DNA from: an uncultured delta proteobacterium
GTDB lineage: Bacteria > Myxococcota > Myxococcia > Myxococcales > Myxococcaceae
Length of the DNA stretch: 64,000 nt
NCBI GenBank assembly: GCA_963771175.1
Contig: CAVYSY010000005.1
Location: 10,535-74,534, forward strand
Direction: 5' to 3'
Part shown: one piece after another, positions 43,401 to 53,349 of the stretch
Numbering within the stretch: the first letter of the stretch is position 1
Layout of the letters: each line of letters opens with the position of its first letter
Program-made: the position numbers and the translations under genes
The notes under the pieces: model-generated
The model's input: only the letters and a program-made list of their open reading frames with translations
What the model was told of the DNA's origin: nothing
The model's database searches: none

Positions 43401-44797
43401 CCTCGGATCGCGACGCGGTGCAGTCGGCGTTCCTCGGAGGCCGGCTGGAGGTCATCGTCGCGACGACGGCCTTCGGCATGGGCATCGACAAGGCGGACGT
43501 GCGCACCGTGGTCCACGCCGCGCTGCCGGCCAGCCTGGAGGGCTACTACCAGGAGCTGGGCCGCGCGGGCCGCGACGGGAAGCCCTCGCGCGCGGTGCTG
43601 CTGCACTCCTTCATCGACCGGCGCACGCACGAGTTCTTCCACGAGCGCGACTACCCCGAGCCCTCCGTCCTCGAGCGCCTCTACCGGGCCGCCCGCGACG
43701 AGCCGGAGCCCAAGGAGTCCCTCGCGGCCCGGGCGCGCGTGGCGTCGGATACCTTCGACAAGGCGCTCGAGCAGCTCTGGATTCACGGCGGCGTGGAGGT
43801 GACTCCAGACGAGTCCGTTCGCCGTGGGCGGCCGGGCTGGGCGGCCTCGTACTCGGCGCAGCGCGAGCACAAGCAGTCACAGCTCGACCACATGGCCCGC
43901 TACGCCGAGTCCCACGGATGCCGCATGCGGCACCTCGTGGCGCACTTCGGTGACCTGCAGGACTCGGGGGCGGCGTGCGGCCTGTGCGACGTCTGCGCGC
44001 CCGAATCCTGTGCCACCCTGCGTTTCGGCGAGCCCTCCGCCACCGAGGCCCAGGCACTCGCGCGCATCCTCGGGGCGCTCCACGAGCGCGATGCCCAGGC
44101 CACCGGCCGGCTCCACCGCGAGCTGTTCGGCGAGGCGCTGCCACGACGTGACTTCGAGCGGCTCCTCGGGGGTCTCGTGCGCGCCGGGCTCGTGCGTCTG
44201 TCCGAGGACACCTTCGAGAAGGATGGTCAGAACATCACCTTCCAGCGCGTGACGCTCACGCCCGAGGGCCGGCGCACGCACGAGCCCGCTCCGGGGCAGG
44301 TGCAACTGCCACGGGCTCCGGACGAGGCCCCCGCGCGCAAGCGCCGCGGCTCGAAGGCCAAGGGCTCGCGGACCAAGGTCTCCAAGGGGGGACGCACGCG
44401 CCGGACCTCACGCGGGAAGGCCGCCGATTCCTCCACCACCTGGTCGAAGGTCGAATACGAAGGGGACATGGCGGAGCCGGTGGCGGCGCCTCGCGCCCCT
44501 CGTGGCCGGGAGGCCCTCGCGCGGGCGCTGGAGCGCTCCAGGCGCAGCGGGGCGACGCTCGGTGTGGGCTCGGCCTCGCCCCGACTGGTGGAGGCCCTGC
44601 GCTCGTGGCGGCTCAACGAGGCCCGCAGGCGCCGCGTGCCCGCCTTCCGCATCCTCACCGACGCGGTGCTCGGCGCCATCGCCACCGCGTGCCCTCGGGA
44701 CGGCGCGGCGCTCCAGCGCATCCACGGTGTGGGCCCCAAGCTGACCGAGCGCTACGGCGACGCCATCCTCGCGCTCGTCGGCCACGAGTCGCCCTGA
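40435..44797 (+). CDS. topB: DNA topoisomerase III - RecQ helicase - HRDC fusion (topoisomerase half carries about 7 single-base insertions)
   Basis: Toprim AEKPS, ATDAGREGE, GRVQTPTL, catalytic SYPRT, DHHAIIPT, GLGTPATRA, MTGQWE; then in one frame LQRIERG...EVVGKV, linker, RecQ MPTGAGKS, VDEAHCISQWGHDFRPDY, ALTATA, AFGMGIDK, YYQELGRAGRDG, zinc-binding CR...CGLCDVC, HRDC LRSWR...VPAFRI. Confidence 0.85.
42464..42499 (+). repeat. 18-bp tandem duplication in the topoisomerase-RecQ linker
   Basis: AGCACCCGGGCTCCCAGC x2, encoding STRAPS x2. Confidence 0.8.
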
Positions 44798-44952
44798 GGC
44801 CCCAGTGCCCGTTGGACAACCCTCGTCCCGGCGGGGGGTGGTATTGCCATCTCGGTTTATGAGAAGGTGAGCATCCGTTCTCGACGCGAGCGGGGCTCTG
44901 CCGCAGGAGTCGCTTTCCTTGCTGGTGCCGATGAGGTGCCGAGGGGGCCGTC

Positions 44953-45531
44953 ATGCCGCTGGAGAAACTGGTCTTCGCCTCGACGGTCGAGTCGCTGTTC
45001 GTCCGGCAGCTCGGGGCGAGGTGGTCCCCCCACGACCGGGAGCGGCTGGCGGAGGCGGGGCTGGACCTGTCGCGGCCCCTCGCGGTCTCCTACCCGCTGG
45101 AGCAGTGGAAGACTTTCGTGCGCATCGCCGCCGAGGCGCTCTATCCGCGGCTCTCTCCCGTCGAGGCGCATCGGTGGATGGGCATCCACTTGCTGGAGGG
45201 CTACCTCCAGACGTTCCTGGGGAGCATGGTGGCGGAGCTGGCTCTGGCGCTGGGCCCGCTGCGCACGTTGGAGCGCGTCGGGCAGGACTTCCGCAGCGGC
45301 AACAACTTCAGCGAGGTGCGGGTGGTGGAGCTCTCGCCCCGTCACATCGAGCTGTGGATGAACGACGTCCTCTGTGAGCACCCCTCCTTCGCGGCGGGCT
45401 TCATCCTCCGGACACAGCATGTGGCCGGTGCGCGCGGCGCCTTCGTGGACGTGCGCTCCTTCGATGGCACCGCCTGCACCTTCGACGTCCGATGGCGGGA
45501 GGCCATCGTCCCCCAGGCCCTCAACGGCTGA
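44953..45531 (+). CDS. DUF2378 family protein (myxobacterial)
   Basis: LVFASTVESLF...GLDLSRPL..SYP..W, GPLRTLER, FRSGNNF. Confidence 0.8.
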   Translation: MPLEKLVFASTVESLFVRQLGARWSPHDRERLAEAGLDLSRPLAVSYPLEQWKTFVRIAAEALYPRLSPVEAHRWMGIHLLEGYLQTFLGSMVAELALALGPLRTLERVGQDFRSGNNFSEVRVVELSPRHIELWMNDVLCEHPSFAAGFILRTQHVAGARGAFVDVRSFDGTACTFDVRWREAIVPQALNG

Positions 45532-45536
45532 GGCGC

Positions 45537-46994
45537 CTACAGGTACGGCGACAGCAGCCGCGCCACGCCATCCCGCAGGCGGACGGGCAGCGAGCGGCCA
45601 TTCACCTCCTCCAGGGTGAGGAGTCGCGCCTTCGTGAGCCGCTCCTCGATGAGGGCGTCCAGGCGCGTGGCGAGCTCCGGGTCGTAGCACTCCACGTTGA
45701 ACTCGAAGTTGAGCCGCAGCGAGCGGGGGTCCCAGTTCGCCGAGCCCACCAGCGACCACGCCCCATCCACCACCATCAGCTTGGTGTGGTCGAACGGAGG
45801 CGCGGTGAGGAAGACGCGGCAGTTGGGGCGCATCACCTGCCAGAACTGCGCGGTGGCGGCCCATTGCACCACCGGGAGGTTGAGCCGCTCGGGCAGCACC
45901 ACGTCCACCCGCACGCCCCGCAGCGCCGCCACGTTCAGCGCCGTGACGAGCGCCGTGTCCGGGATGAAGTAGGGCGTGACGATGCGCACCGTGCTGCGCG
46001 CGCACGCCAGCGCGCCCAGCAGCGTCCAGCGCACCGTCTCGAAGTCCTCGTCCGGGCCGTCCGGAATCCCCCGGGCGAGCACCGGCCCGGCGGGCTCCAG
46101 CGGAGGGAACCACGCCTCCCCCTGCAGGCGCTCCTTCGTGGTGAAGGCCCAGTCCTCGGCGAACGTCTCCTGCAACTGCCCCACCACCGGTCCCTCCACG
46201 CGGAAGTGCAGGTCGCGGGCGTCGCCGTGGCCGGGCAGGAAGTGCTCGCGGATGTTCATCCCCCCGGTGAAGCCCACCCGCCCGTCCACCACCAGCAGCT
46301 TGCGGTGGTTGCGCAGGTTCATGAAGGGCAGGCGCGCGGGGAAGAGGAGCGTGGGGAGGAAGCGCGCCACCCGCACCCCGGCGCGGCGCAGGCGGCCGGT
46401 GACGGGCGGCCAGTGGTAGCGCACCCCCATCGCGTCGATGAGCACGCGCACCTGCACCCCGCGCTTCACCGCTCGCCCGAGCGCGTCCACGAAGCGCCGG
46501 CCCGCCTCGTCGTTGTCGAAGATGTAGCTGCACAGCGAGATGGAGGCGCGCGCCGCGTCGATGGCCTCCAGCATGGCCGGGTAGGCACCCGCGCCGGCCT
46601 CCAGCGGGACGAGCCGGTTGCCCGGCAGCAGGGGGCGGTGGTGAATCACCTCGTCCACCAGGCGGGCGAGCGAGGCGAGATGCTCGGCCGGAGGCACCGC
46701 CGTCGCCAGCGTCTCGGGGGTGCACGCGGGCACACCCGACCGGGGCGGGAACTGGCCGTGCTCCTGGCGCAGCGTCAGCGAGCGGCCCCGGCGGCGGATG
46801 CGGTTGATGCCCAGCAGCAGGTACAGCACCACGCCCACCAGCGGAACCAGCCACACCAGTCCCACCCAGGCCACCGCCGCGCGCACGTCCCGCTTGCGCA
46901 GCACCGCGTGCCCGGTGGCCAGGACATTGGCCAGCACCGTGAACACCGCCGCCACATGGGGCCATATCGCCAGGAGCAGCGATTCCAGCGTCAT
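45537..46994 (-). CDS. cls: Cardiolipin synthase (PLD family)
   Basis: Two N-terminal TM segments, two HKD motifs (RNHRKLLVVDG, DHTKLMVVDG), GSANWDPRSLRLNFE. Confidence 0.92.
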   Translation of the reverse strand: MTLESLLLAIWPHVAAVFTVLANVLATGHAVLRKRDVRAAVAWVGLVWLVPLVGVVLYLLLGINRIRRRGRSLTLRQEHGQFPPRSGVPACTPETLATAVPPAEHLASLARLVDEVIHHRPLLPGNRLVPLEAGAGAYPAMLEAIDAARASISLCSYIFDNDEAGRRFVDALGRAVKRGVQVRVLIDAMGVRYHWPPVTGRLRRAGVRVARFLPTLLFPARLPFMNLRNHRKLLVVDGRVGFTGGMNIREHFLPGHGDARDLHFRVEGPVVGQLQETFAEDWAFTTKERLQGEAWFPPLEPAGPVLARGIPDGPDEDFETVRWTLLGALACARSTVRIVTPYFIPDTALVTALNVAALRGVRVDVVLPERLNLPVVQWAATAQFWQVMRPNCRVFLTAPPFDHTKLMVVDGAWSLVGSANWDPRSLRLNFEFNVECYDPELATRLDALIEERLTKARLLTLEEVNGRSLPVRLRDGVARLLSPYL

Positions 46995-47159
46995 CCCTCC
47001 TCCGCCCGGCCGCGTCGAGACGGGGCTGGGGGACAGTATGTGCACGGTCGTCCGGGTGTGGCGCGGGCGGGCCGGAGGGCTCCGTCCAGCATCCTTCAGA
47101 GGTGCGCTTCAGGGGGGCTCTTCAGGGGGACTCCCCAGGGGTGCATATACTGCGGTGCC

Positions 47160-48212
47160 ATGGAGCCCATGCCCGACGTCACCCGCTTCTTCCACCCCGT
47201 CCTGGCCGCCCGGAAGCTGCGCGGGAAGCCGGTGCGCGTGGAGCTCGCCGGCCGCGCCTACGTCCTCTTCCGCGATGCCCAGGGCCGCCCCGCCGCGCTC
47301 GCGGACGCCTGCCCCCACCGCTTCGCCCCGCTGTCCGCCGGCCGTGTCACCCCCGAGGGCCAGCTCGAGTGCCCCTACCACGGCTGGCGCTTCGACGCCG
47401 ACGGCCATGGCCGCAGTCTCAGCCAGCCCGACCTCAAGAAGTGCGACGCGCGCGCCTTCCAGGTCGTCGAGCGCTACGACTACCTCTGGCTGGCCGCGCG
47501 CGACGCGCCCCTCTCCGCCTTCCCGGACTTCGCCCCCCAGGGCTACGAGTTCAACGGCTCCTTCTCCATGCTCTTCCGCGCGCCGCTGCACGTGGTGCTC
47601 GACAACTTCAGCGAGGACGAGCACACCCCCACCGTCCATACCCGCCTCGGGTGGGACCGCACGCAAGCGGGAGGCGTCGAGTACGACGCCCAGAACTTCG
47701 AGGACCGCACCGAGGTGCGCTACAGCGCTCCCCAGCGGCCCTCGTACCTCATGCCCCTGCTGCTGCTGCGCAATGGCGACATCTTCCACAACCGCTGGGT
47801 GACGCGCTTCGACCCGCCGCGCGCCGACTTCACCATCACCTGGACGGGCCCCACCGGCCAGCAGCGCCCCTTCACCAACCGCCCCATCGTCTTCTTCGTG
47901 CCGGAGACGGCGAACACCACGCGCCTGCACGTCTTCTCCTTCGGCCTGCTCCATGATGAGCGCCTGCGCCCGATCATGCCGGTGGTGCGCCGGGCCTCCA
48001 TCGTCCTGGCCTGGTTCGAGGTCCGCGACGACGCCCGCTTCATCCCCCTGGTGGCCGGCACCCCCTACAGCATGAAGGGCATGCGGCTGAGCCGGTACGA
48101 CAAGCCCCTCATCCACAACCGCAAGCTGCTCGAGCGCATCTACTTCGCCCAGGACGACGCCAGCGCCTCGCCCGAGCCGCTGATGAATGTGCCCGAGGCC
48201 GCCAACGGCTGA
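47160..48212 (+). CDS. Rieske non-heme iron oxygenase (VanA/KshA-like)
   Basis: CPHR...CPYHGW Rieske motif; DNFSEDEHTPTVH mononuclear iron motif. Confidence 0.88.
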   Translation: MEPMPDVTRFFHPVLAARKLRGKPVRVELAGRAYVLFRDAQGRPAALADACPHRFAPLSAGRVTPEGQLECPYHGWRFDADGHGRSLSQPDLKKCDARAFQVVERYDYLWLAARDAPLSAFPDFAPQGYEFNGSFSMLFRAPLHVVLDNFSEDEHTPTVHTRLGWDRTQAGGVEYDAQNFEDRTEVRYSAPQRPSYLMPLLLLRNGDIFHNRWVTRFDPPRADFTITWTGPTGQQRPFTNRPIVFFVPETANTTRLHVFSFGLLHDERLRPIMPVVRRASIVLAWFEVRDDARFIPLVAGTPYSMKGMRLSRYDKPLIHNRKLLERIYFAQDDASASPEPLMNVPEAANG

Positions 48213-48529
48213 GCCCGCGCCGAAGGGGGTGCCCACTGTCCGATTGCGATACATCCCCGTCCGAGAGTCGGGCGGGGAGCGTCTCACGCGCACAACTCCT
48301 TGATACATCAAACGTTTTGGCGAAAAACGTCAGGACTCTTTACGCGGGAGCCGGGATTGCTTGGAGCATCTGTGCTCCACGGCCTTTCACGTTATCGCGG
48401 CCAAGTCCCGAATTTCTGAGGAGACGGGCTCTTGGCCCGGAGGTTGCTCATGGGCACGGCGCGCGGTCGAGGCTGGATACCCCCAGGCGACCGCGTCCAA
48501 CCCTTGTTGTCCCCCAAAAGGAAGCTCCC

Positions 48530-49327
48530 ATGCGCAAGCTCTCCATGGCGTTGCTGGCTGGTGTTGCTCTCGTTGGTTGCGGTGGTCCCGAGGCCGCCGA
48601 GCAGAAGATTCCGACGTTCGAGGAGTTCCAGGCCGAGGCCATCACGGACGAGGGCGACGTCTATGTCGTCAACGGCGACGAGGCCGTCGAGGGCGTCGAG
48701 GGCCTGCGCGCGTACTATGACAACTTCGTGGCCAACGGCGACGTGGGCTCCACCGAGGGCGGCCTGGCCGTGTACTACAGCGGCGGCGACATCAAGTGGA
48801 GCGCCACCCAGGCTCGTAACCTCACCTACTGCGTGAGCTCCTCCTCGTTCGGCAGCCGCTACAGCACCGTGGTGAGCGCGATGAACAACGCGACCGCGGC
48901 CTGGGAGGCCACCTCCAACGTCAACTTCATCCACAGCAGCACCTACGACTCCAACTGCACCGCGTCCCAGACCGGCGTGCTCTTCGACGTGCGCCAGACC
49001 AACGTCACGAGCTACCTGGCCCGCGCGTTCTTCCCGAACTCCAGCCGCTCGAGCCGCAACATCCTCATCAGCACCAGCGCCTTCGGCAGCATCTCGCCCT
49101 GGACGCTCACGGGCATCCTCCGCCACGAGCTGGGCCACACGCTCGGCTTCCGCCACGAGCACACCCGCCTGTCGAGCACCGGCTGCTACGAGGACTCCGC
49201 CTGGCGCGCGCTGACCAGCTACGACTCCTCCTCCGTCATGCACTACCCCCAGTGCAATGGCACCCAGACGGGCGACCTCGTGCTGACCAGCCTGGACAAG
49301 TCCGGCGCCAAGTCGCTCTACCCGTAA
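48530..49327 (+). CDS. M57-like metzincin metalloprotease lipoprotein
   Basis: LVGC lipobox; HELGHTLGFRHEH; Met-turn SSVMHY. Confidence 0.85.
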   Translation: MRKLSMALLAGVALVGCGGPEAAEQKIPTFEEFQAEAITDEGDVYVVNGDEAVEGVEGLRAYYDNFVANGDVGSTEGGLAVYYSGGDIKWSATQARNLTYCVSSSSFGSRYSTVVSAMNNATAAWEATSNVNFIHSSTYDSNCTASQTGVLFDVRQTNVTSYLARAFFPNSSRSSRNILISTSAFGSISPWTLTGILRHELGHTLGFRHEHTRLSSTGCYEDSAWRALTSYDSSSVMHYPQCNGTQTGDLVLTSLDKSGAKSLYP

Positions 49328-49381
49328 TCCGTCCGCTCGCTTGAGCTGACAGGGGCCGGGGATGCTCACCTCTCTCCGGCC

Positions 49382-49759
49382 TCACATTTCCGGCGCCATC
49401 GCCTCCTCGGGCAGCGACATGGGCTCGAAGAAGATGAGCGTCTTCAGCTGGTCCGAGCCGTGGATGTCGATGCACTCGATCTCCCCGCTCTCGCTCTCCG
49501 CGGCGTAGACGTGCGCCGGCTCCGGGATGCGATGGGTAATCTCCTCGCCCGGCCGCCCCACCGTCACCTGGATGGCGCCCTCCTCACTGCCCTTCTCCGC
49601 GAGCGAGATGTCCACCAGGGGTAGGCGCTCGGTCACCGTCTGCTCACCGAGGTTCGGGACCTCGGCCTCGACGCGCACCCAGTGGTCGCGCTCGATGGTG
49701 CTCACGAGGGAGAGGTAGTCGGCCCACCCGTCCCGGGGAATCTCTCGCGTGTGATACAT
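49382..49759 (-). CDS. DUF5335-like protein
   Basis: TREIPRDGWADYL...LPLVDIS...ITHRIPEP. Confidence 0.7.
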   Translation of the reverse strand: MYHTREIPRDGWADYLSLVSTIERDHWVRVEAEVPNLGEQTVTERLPLVDISLAEKGSEEGAIQVTVGRPGEEITHRIPEPAHVYAAESESGEIECIDIHGSDQLKTLIFFEPMSLPEEAMAPEM

Positions 49760-49905
49760 TGGCCTGCCTCCGGCGCCTGGTCCGCGTTGGGGTTCTCTCC
49801 AAGCGTAAGGACGCCGGGAATCGGCGCCAGCGCTCTATCCGAGAACGGATACGGGACGAGCGGCGGGGCCCCGGCATGCCGCCCGCCCTGTGTGAATCCA
49901 GGCAC

Positions 49906-50298
49906 TCACTTCCGCTGGGGACTCGGGGCCTTCGGATAGAGCTCCACCAGGGTGGCCTCGTACCTGCCGCCCGGCTCGTCGTAGGAGGCGCGCACCTGCG
50001 AGCCCTCCTGGAGTTGAGCCCGGTCCGCCTGCTGGCCGCCGCTGACGATGCGGGTGTCCTCGCCCAGCGCGAGCGTCAGCGTGGTGCCGTCCTTCTCCTT
50101 CACCGTGATGCTGTTGCCGGCGACCCCCGTCACCGTCCCGTAGATTTCCTGGTCCGCCAGGTCCTCGCCGCCAAGGTTCTCGGGGTTCTGTTCGGCGACG
50201 CGGTCCTCCTGGCCCAGACGGTCACTCTCCTTCTTGCAGCCAGCGAGGCCGAGCAGGGCCACCGCCGTCAGACTCCACGTCCACTTGTGCATGGCCAT
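49906..50298 (-). CDS. Small lipoprotein (OB-fold/DUF5666-like)
   Basis: LAGC lipobox; GTVTGV...ITV...LQEGSQVRASY. Confidence 0.7.
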   Translation of the reverse strand: MAMHKWTWSLTAVALLGLAGCKKESDRLGQEDRVAEQNPENLGGEDLADQEIYGTVTGVAGNSITVKEKDGTTLTLALGEDTRIVSGGQQADRAQLQEGSQVRASYDEPGGRYEATLVELYPKAPSPQRK

Positions 50299-50494
50299 TG
50301 GCTCCTTGCCGCCGGGCTCCGACGGCTCCTTTGGACACAAGGTGGTGTGTCAGAGCGAGCGGGCACAATGGGATCGGGCGTAAGGCAGGGGGTTCCTCGC
50401 CTGTCAAAGTGGGCAGGCGTGCGGCCGTGCCTCGAGCGGGGCGCGTGTGCTCCTCGAGCCCACCGACGGAGACAGCCTCCTCCTCCTCCGGCCC

Positions 50495-50537
50495 TGGTTT
50501 AAGTCAATTGACGTTTTCAGTCGTTCGACTTAAACCA
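50495..50537. promoter_or_regulatory. Inverted-repeat operator upstream of the TetR gene
   Basis: TGGTTTAAGTC-N21-GACTTAAACCA perfect 11-bp inverted repeat, with TTGACG (-35-like) inside. Confidence 0.7.
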
Positions 50538-50634
50538 TTTCGCGTGGGCTCGAGGACGGGCCACCCCCGGAGGTCATGATGAGTGCCGACAACAGCATTC
50601 AGCCCAGTGGCGACAAGAAGGTTCCGGTGCGCTG

Positions 50635-51279
50635 GTGAGCTCGGGCAAGTCCGACCGGGGCAGTGAGACACGCGAGCTGCTGCTCGTCACCGCGGAGCGG
50701 CTGTTCGCCGAGCATGGGGTGGAGGCGGTCTCCAACCGCCAGGTGAGTGAGGCAGCGGGCCAGTCGAACAACTTCGCGGTCGGCTACCACTTCGGCTCCA
50801 AGGAAGACCTCGTGTTGGCGATCGTGCGCCGGCACTCCGAGTCGGTAGAGCGGCGGCGTACCGAGATGCTCGCGGAGATCACCGGCTCGCCCGACCTGCG
50901 CGACTGGGCGTCCTGCCTCGTGCGGCCGCAAACCGAGCACCTCGCCTCGCTGGGCAGCCCCACCTGGTACGCGCGGTTCATCGCGCAGGTGACGAGCAAT
51001 CCCTCCTTTCGAGAGCTCGTGGTCGAGGAGTCGCTCTCCACGCCGTCGATGCAGCAGACCACCGAAGGCATCTTCCGGCTGGTCCCGCGTCTTCCCGAGG
51101 AGGTGCGGCAGGAGCGTGGCTACATGTGCCGGTTGATGATCGTTCACATGTGCGCCGAGCGGGAACGCGCGCTGCAGGAGGGCACCGCGATGCCACGCTC
51201 GACGTGGGAGTCCACCGCGGCCGGACTGGTCGACGCGCTCGTCGGATTGTGGCTGGCCCCTGTCACCGCCCGGCGGTGA
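50635..51279 (+). CDS. TetR/AcrR-family regulator
   Basis: TRELLLVTAERLFAEHGVEAVSNRQVSEAAGQ...AVGYHFGSKEDL. Confidence 0.92.
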   Translation: MSSGKSDRGSETRELLLVTAERLFAEHGVEAVSNRQVSEAAGQSNNFAVGYHFGSKEDLVLAIVRRHSESVERRRTEMLAEITGSPDLRDWASCLVRPQTEHLASLGSPTWYARFIAQVTSNPSFRELVVEESLSTPSMQQTTEGIFRLVPRLPEEVRQERGYMCRLMIVHMCAERERALQEGTAMPRSTWESTAAGLVDALVGLWLAPVTARR

Positions 51280-51326
51280 CCTCAAGCTGTCCAGACGTCG
51301 AAAACAACCGAAAAGGATGTGTGCTG

Positions 51327-52046
51327 ATGAATGCGACTCATGCCAGCCAGCCCCCCGGGATCGACCCCAAGCTCGTCCTGCCCGACAACCCCTCCCTGTT
51401 CACCCGCCTGCGGGTGGCACTCAGGGCCATTAAATTGGTCAGAGGCAACGAGGGGAATCCCGTCTATGGCCAGGCGATCCAAGCCAGCCTGGACCTCGAG
51501 GTCTACGCATCGCTCGCCCAGCGGCTCAAGCTCACCGAGGACGGGCGCCGCATGCTGTCCGAGCGCCCTTCTCTCGATGCCAGGGATCTGGATCTGGGTG
51601 CGCTCGAGCGCCTGCCCGAGGGAACGCTCGGCCATGCGTACGCGCGCTACTACAGTGACAACAAGATCTCGCCCTTCGAGACGACGCTCGAGATCAAGAA
51701 CGACGTCGACTTCATCTCCAAGCGCTACCGAGAGACGCATGACCTGTTGCACTCGCTGACGGGCTACGGCACGGACGTGGTGGGCGAGATGGAACTGCAG
51801 GCGTGGGCCCTGGGCAATCTGGGTATCCGGACCGCGGCGCTCATCCTGCTGGTCGGCACGCTCGGACAATTCAAGGACCCGCAGTCCGGAGTCGCGAGGT
51901 CCGAGTACCTGCGGCGGGTGAGGGCCGCGTACCACCGTGGCCGCGCGTCCCCGCTGTTCCTCGACTTCTGGTTCGAGAACCACTGGGAGACCCCCATGGC
52001 CACGCTGCGCGAGCGGCTGTTCGCCCCCGCGGAGCGGATGAACTGA
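51327..52046 (+). CDS. Coq4-family protein
   Basis: GRRMLSERP, LPEGTLGHAY, RYRETHDLLHSLTGY...GEMELQAW (HDxxH-x11-E metal motif). Confidence 0.85.
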   Translation: MNATHASQPPGIDPKLVLPDNPSLFTRLRVALRAIKLVRGNEGNPVYGQAIQASLDLEVYASLAQRLKLTEDGRRMLSERPSLDARDLDLGALERLPEGTLGHAYARYYSDNKISPFETTLEIKNDVDFISKRYRETHDLLHSLTGYGTDVVGEMELQAWALGNLGIRTAALILLVGTLGQFKDPQSGVARSEYLRRVRAAYHRGRASPLFLDFWFENHWETPMATLRERLFAPAERMN

Positions 52047-52068
52047 CTTGGACAGGAACGTCGTGGCA

Positions 52069-53313
52069 ATGGAAGAGCGCATCGTCATCGTGGGAGCCGG
52101 CCAGGCCGGTGGCGAGGTGGCCGCCGGCTTGCGAAGGCAGGGCTACAAGGGGCGCGTCCTCCTGCTGGGAGACGAGCCGCATCCGCCCTACCAGCGGCCT
52201 CCGCTCTCGAAGGGGTTCCTGCAGGGGAAGGTGGCGCTGACCGAGCTCTACCTCAAGCCGCTGGCGACCTATGAGCACTTCGACATCGAGCTCGAGACCG
52301 GCACGCGCGTCGACGCCATCCACCGCTCCACGCGAGAGGTCTCCCTGGGGGATGGACGCCGGCTGGCCTACGACAAGCTCGTTCTGGCCACGGGAGGCCG
52401 GGCTCGTCCCTTGAGTCTTCCCGGACTGGAGGGGGCCCGACTCGAGAACCTGTTCGCCCTGCGCTCCATCTCCGACGTCGAGGCGATGCGCGCGAGGTTC
52501 GTCGCGGGCAATCGGTTGGTCATCATCGGTGGCGGCTACGTGGGGCTCGAGGTCGCGGCCGTGGCCGTGCAGCTCGGGCTGCATGTGACGCTGCTGGAGG
52601 CGGCGCCTCGCCTGCTCGCGCGGGTGACAGGTCCGGAGGTGTCCTCGTTCATCGAGCAGCTCCACCGCGAGCGGGGTGTGGAGTTCCGGCTCTCGTGCGA
52701 GGTGCGGGACCTGGAGCTCGACGAGGCACGACGCCAGGTGCGCGGGGTGAGCCTCGCGTGTCACGGCGTGCCAGAGCGGCTCGAGGCCGACCTGGTGCTG
52801 GTGGGAATCGGCCTCATCCCCAATACGGAGCTGGCCTCCGCGGCGGGCCTGGCCGTCGACAATGGCATCGTCGTGGACGAGTACGCCTGTACGGCCGATC
52901 CGGCGATCCTCGCCATTGGAGACTGCGCGAATCAGCCCTGCGCCTACACGGGCGGACGCATCCGGCTCGAGTCCGTGCCCAATGCCATCGAGCATGCGCG
53001 CGTCGCGGCGGCCACCCTGATGGGCAAGCGGGAGCCCTATGCCGCCATTCCCTGGTTCTGGTCGGACCAGTACGGCTTGAAGCTGCAGATGGTGGGGCTC
53101 TCCACCGGCTACGAGCAGTGCGTCACGCGAGGCCCCGTCGAGGGCAAGGGGTTCTCGGCCTACTACCTCAAGGACAGACGGGTCATCGCCGCGGATGTCA
53201 TCGGCCGCCCCGCGGAGTTCATGGCCGCGAAGCGACTGGTCTCGAGCCGGGCGGAGGTGGACGTCACCCGCCTGGGCGACGCGGCCGTCCCGCTCACCAG
53301 CGTCGCCGCTTGA
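52069..53313 (+). CDS. NAD(P)H:ferredoxin reductase (putidaredoxin-reductase type)
   Basis: IVGAGQAG, PYQRPPLSK, IGGGYVGLE, AIGDCA, PWFWSDQY. Confidence 0.93.
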   Translation: MEERIVIVGAGQAGGEVAAGLRRQGYKGRVLLLGDEPHPPYQRPPLSKGFLQGKVALTELYLKPLATYEHFDIELETGTRVDAIHRSTREVSLGDGRRLAYDKLVLATGGRARPLSLPGLEGARLENLFALRSISDVEAMRARFVAGNRLVIIGGGYVGLEVAAVAVQLGLHVTLLEAAPRLLARVTGPEVSSFIEQLHRERGVEFRLSCEVRDLELDEARRQVRGVSLACHGVPERLEADLVLVGIGLIPNTELASAAGLAVDNGIVVDEYACTADPAILAIGDCANQPCAYTGGRIRLESVPNAIEHARVAAATLMGKREPYAAIPWFWSDQYGLKLQMVGLSTGYEQCVTRGPVEGKGFSAYYLKDRRVIAADVIGRPAEFMAAKRLVSSRAEVDVTRLGDAAVPLTSVAA

Positions 53314-53349
53314 AGACAGTCAACACCCGGAAGGAATCCAGGAGAACCC

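Noticed and set aside
40435..44797. Reverse gyrase
   Set aside because: The domain order is topoisomerase then helicase, and the helicase has RecQ-specific motifs (SQWGHDFRP, zinc domain, HRDC)
45492..47159. Apparent 906-aa Rieske fusion protein
   Set aside because: The upstream part is antisense to cls; the real gene starts at about 47160
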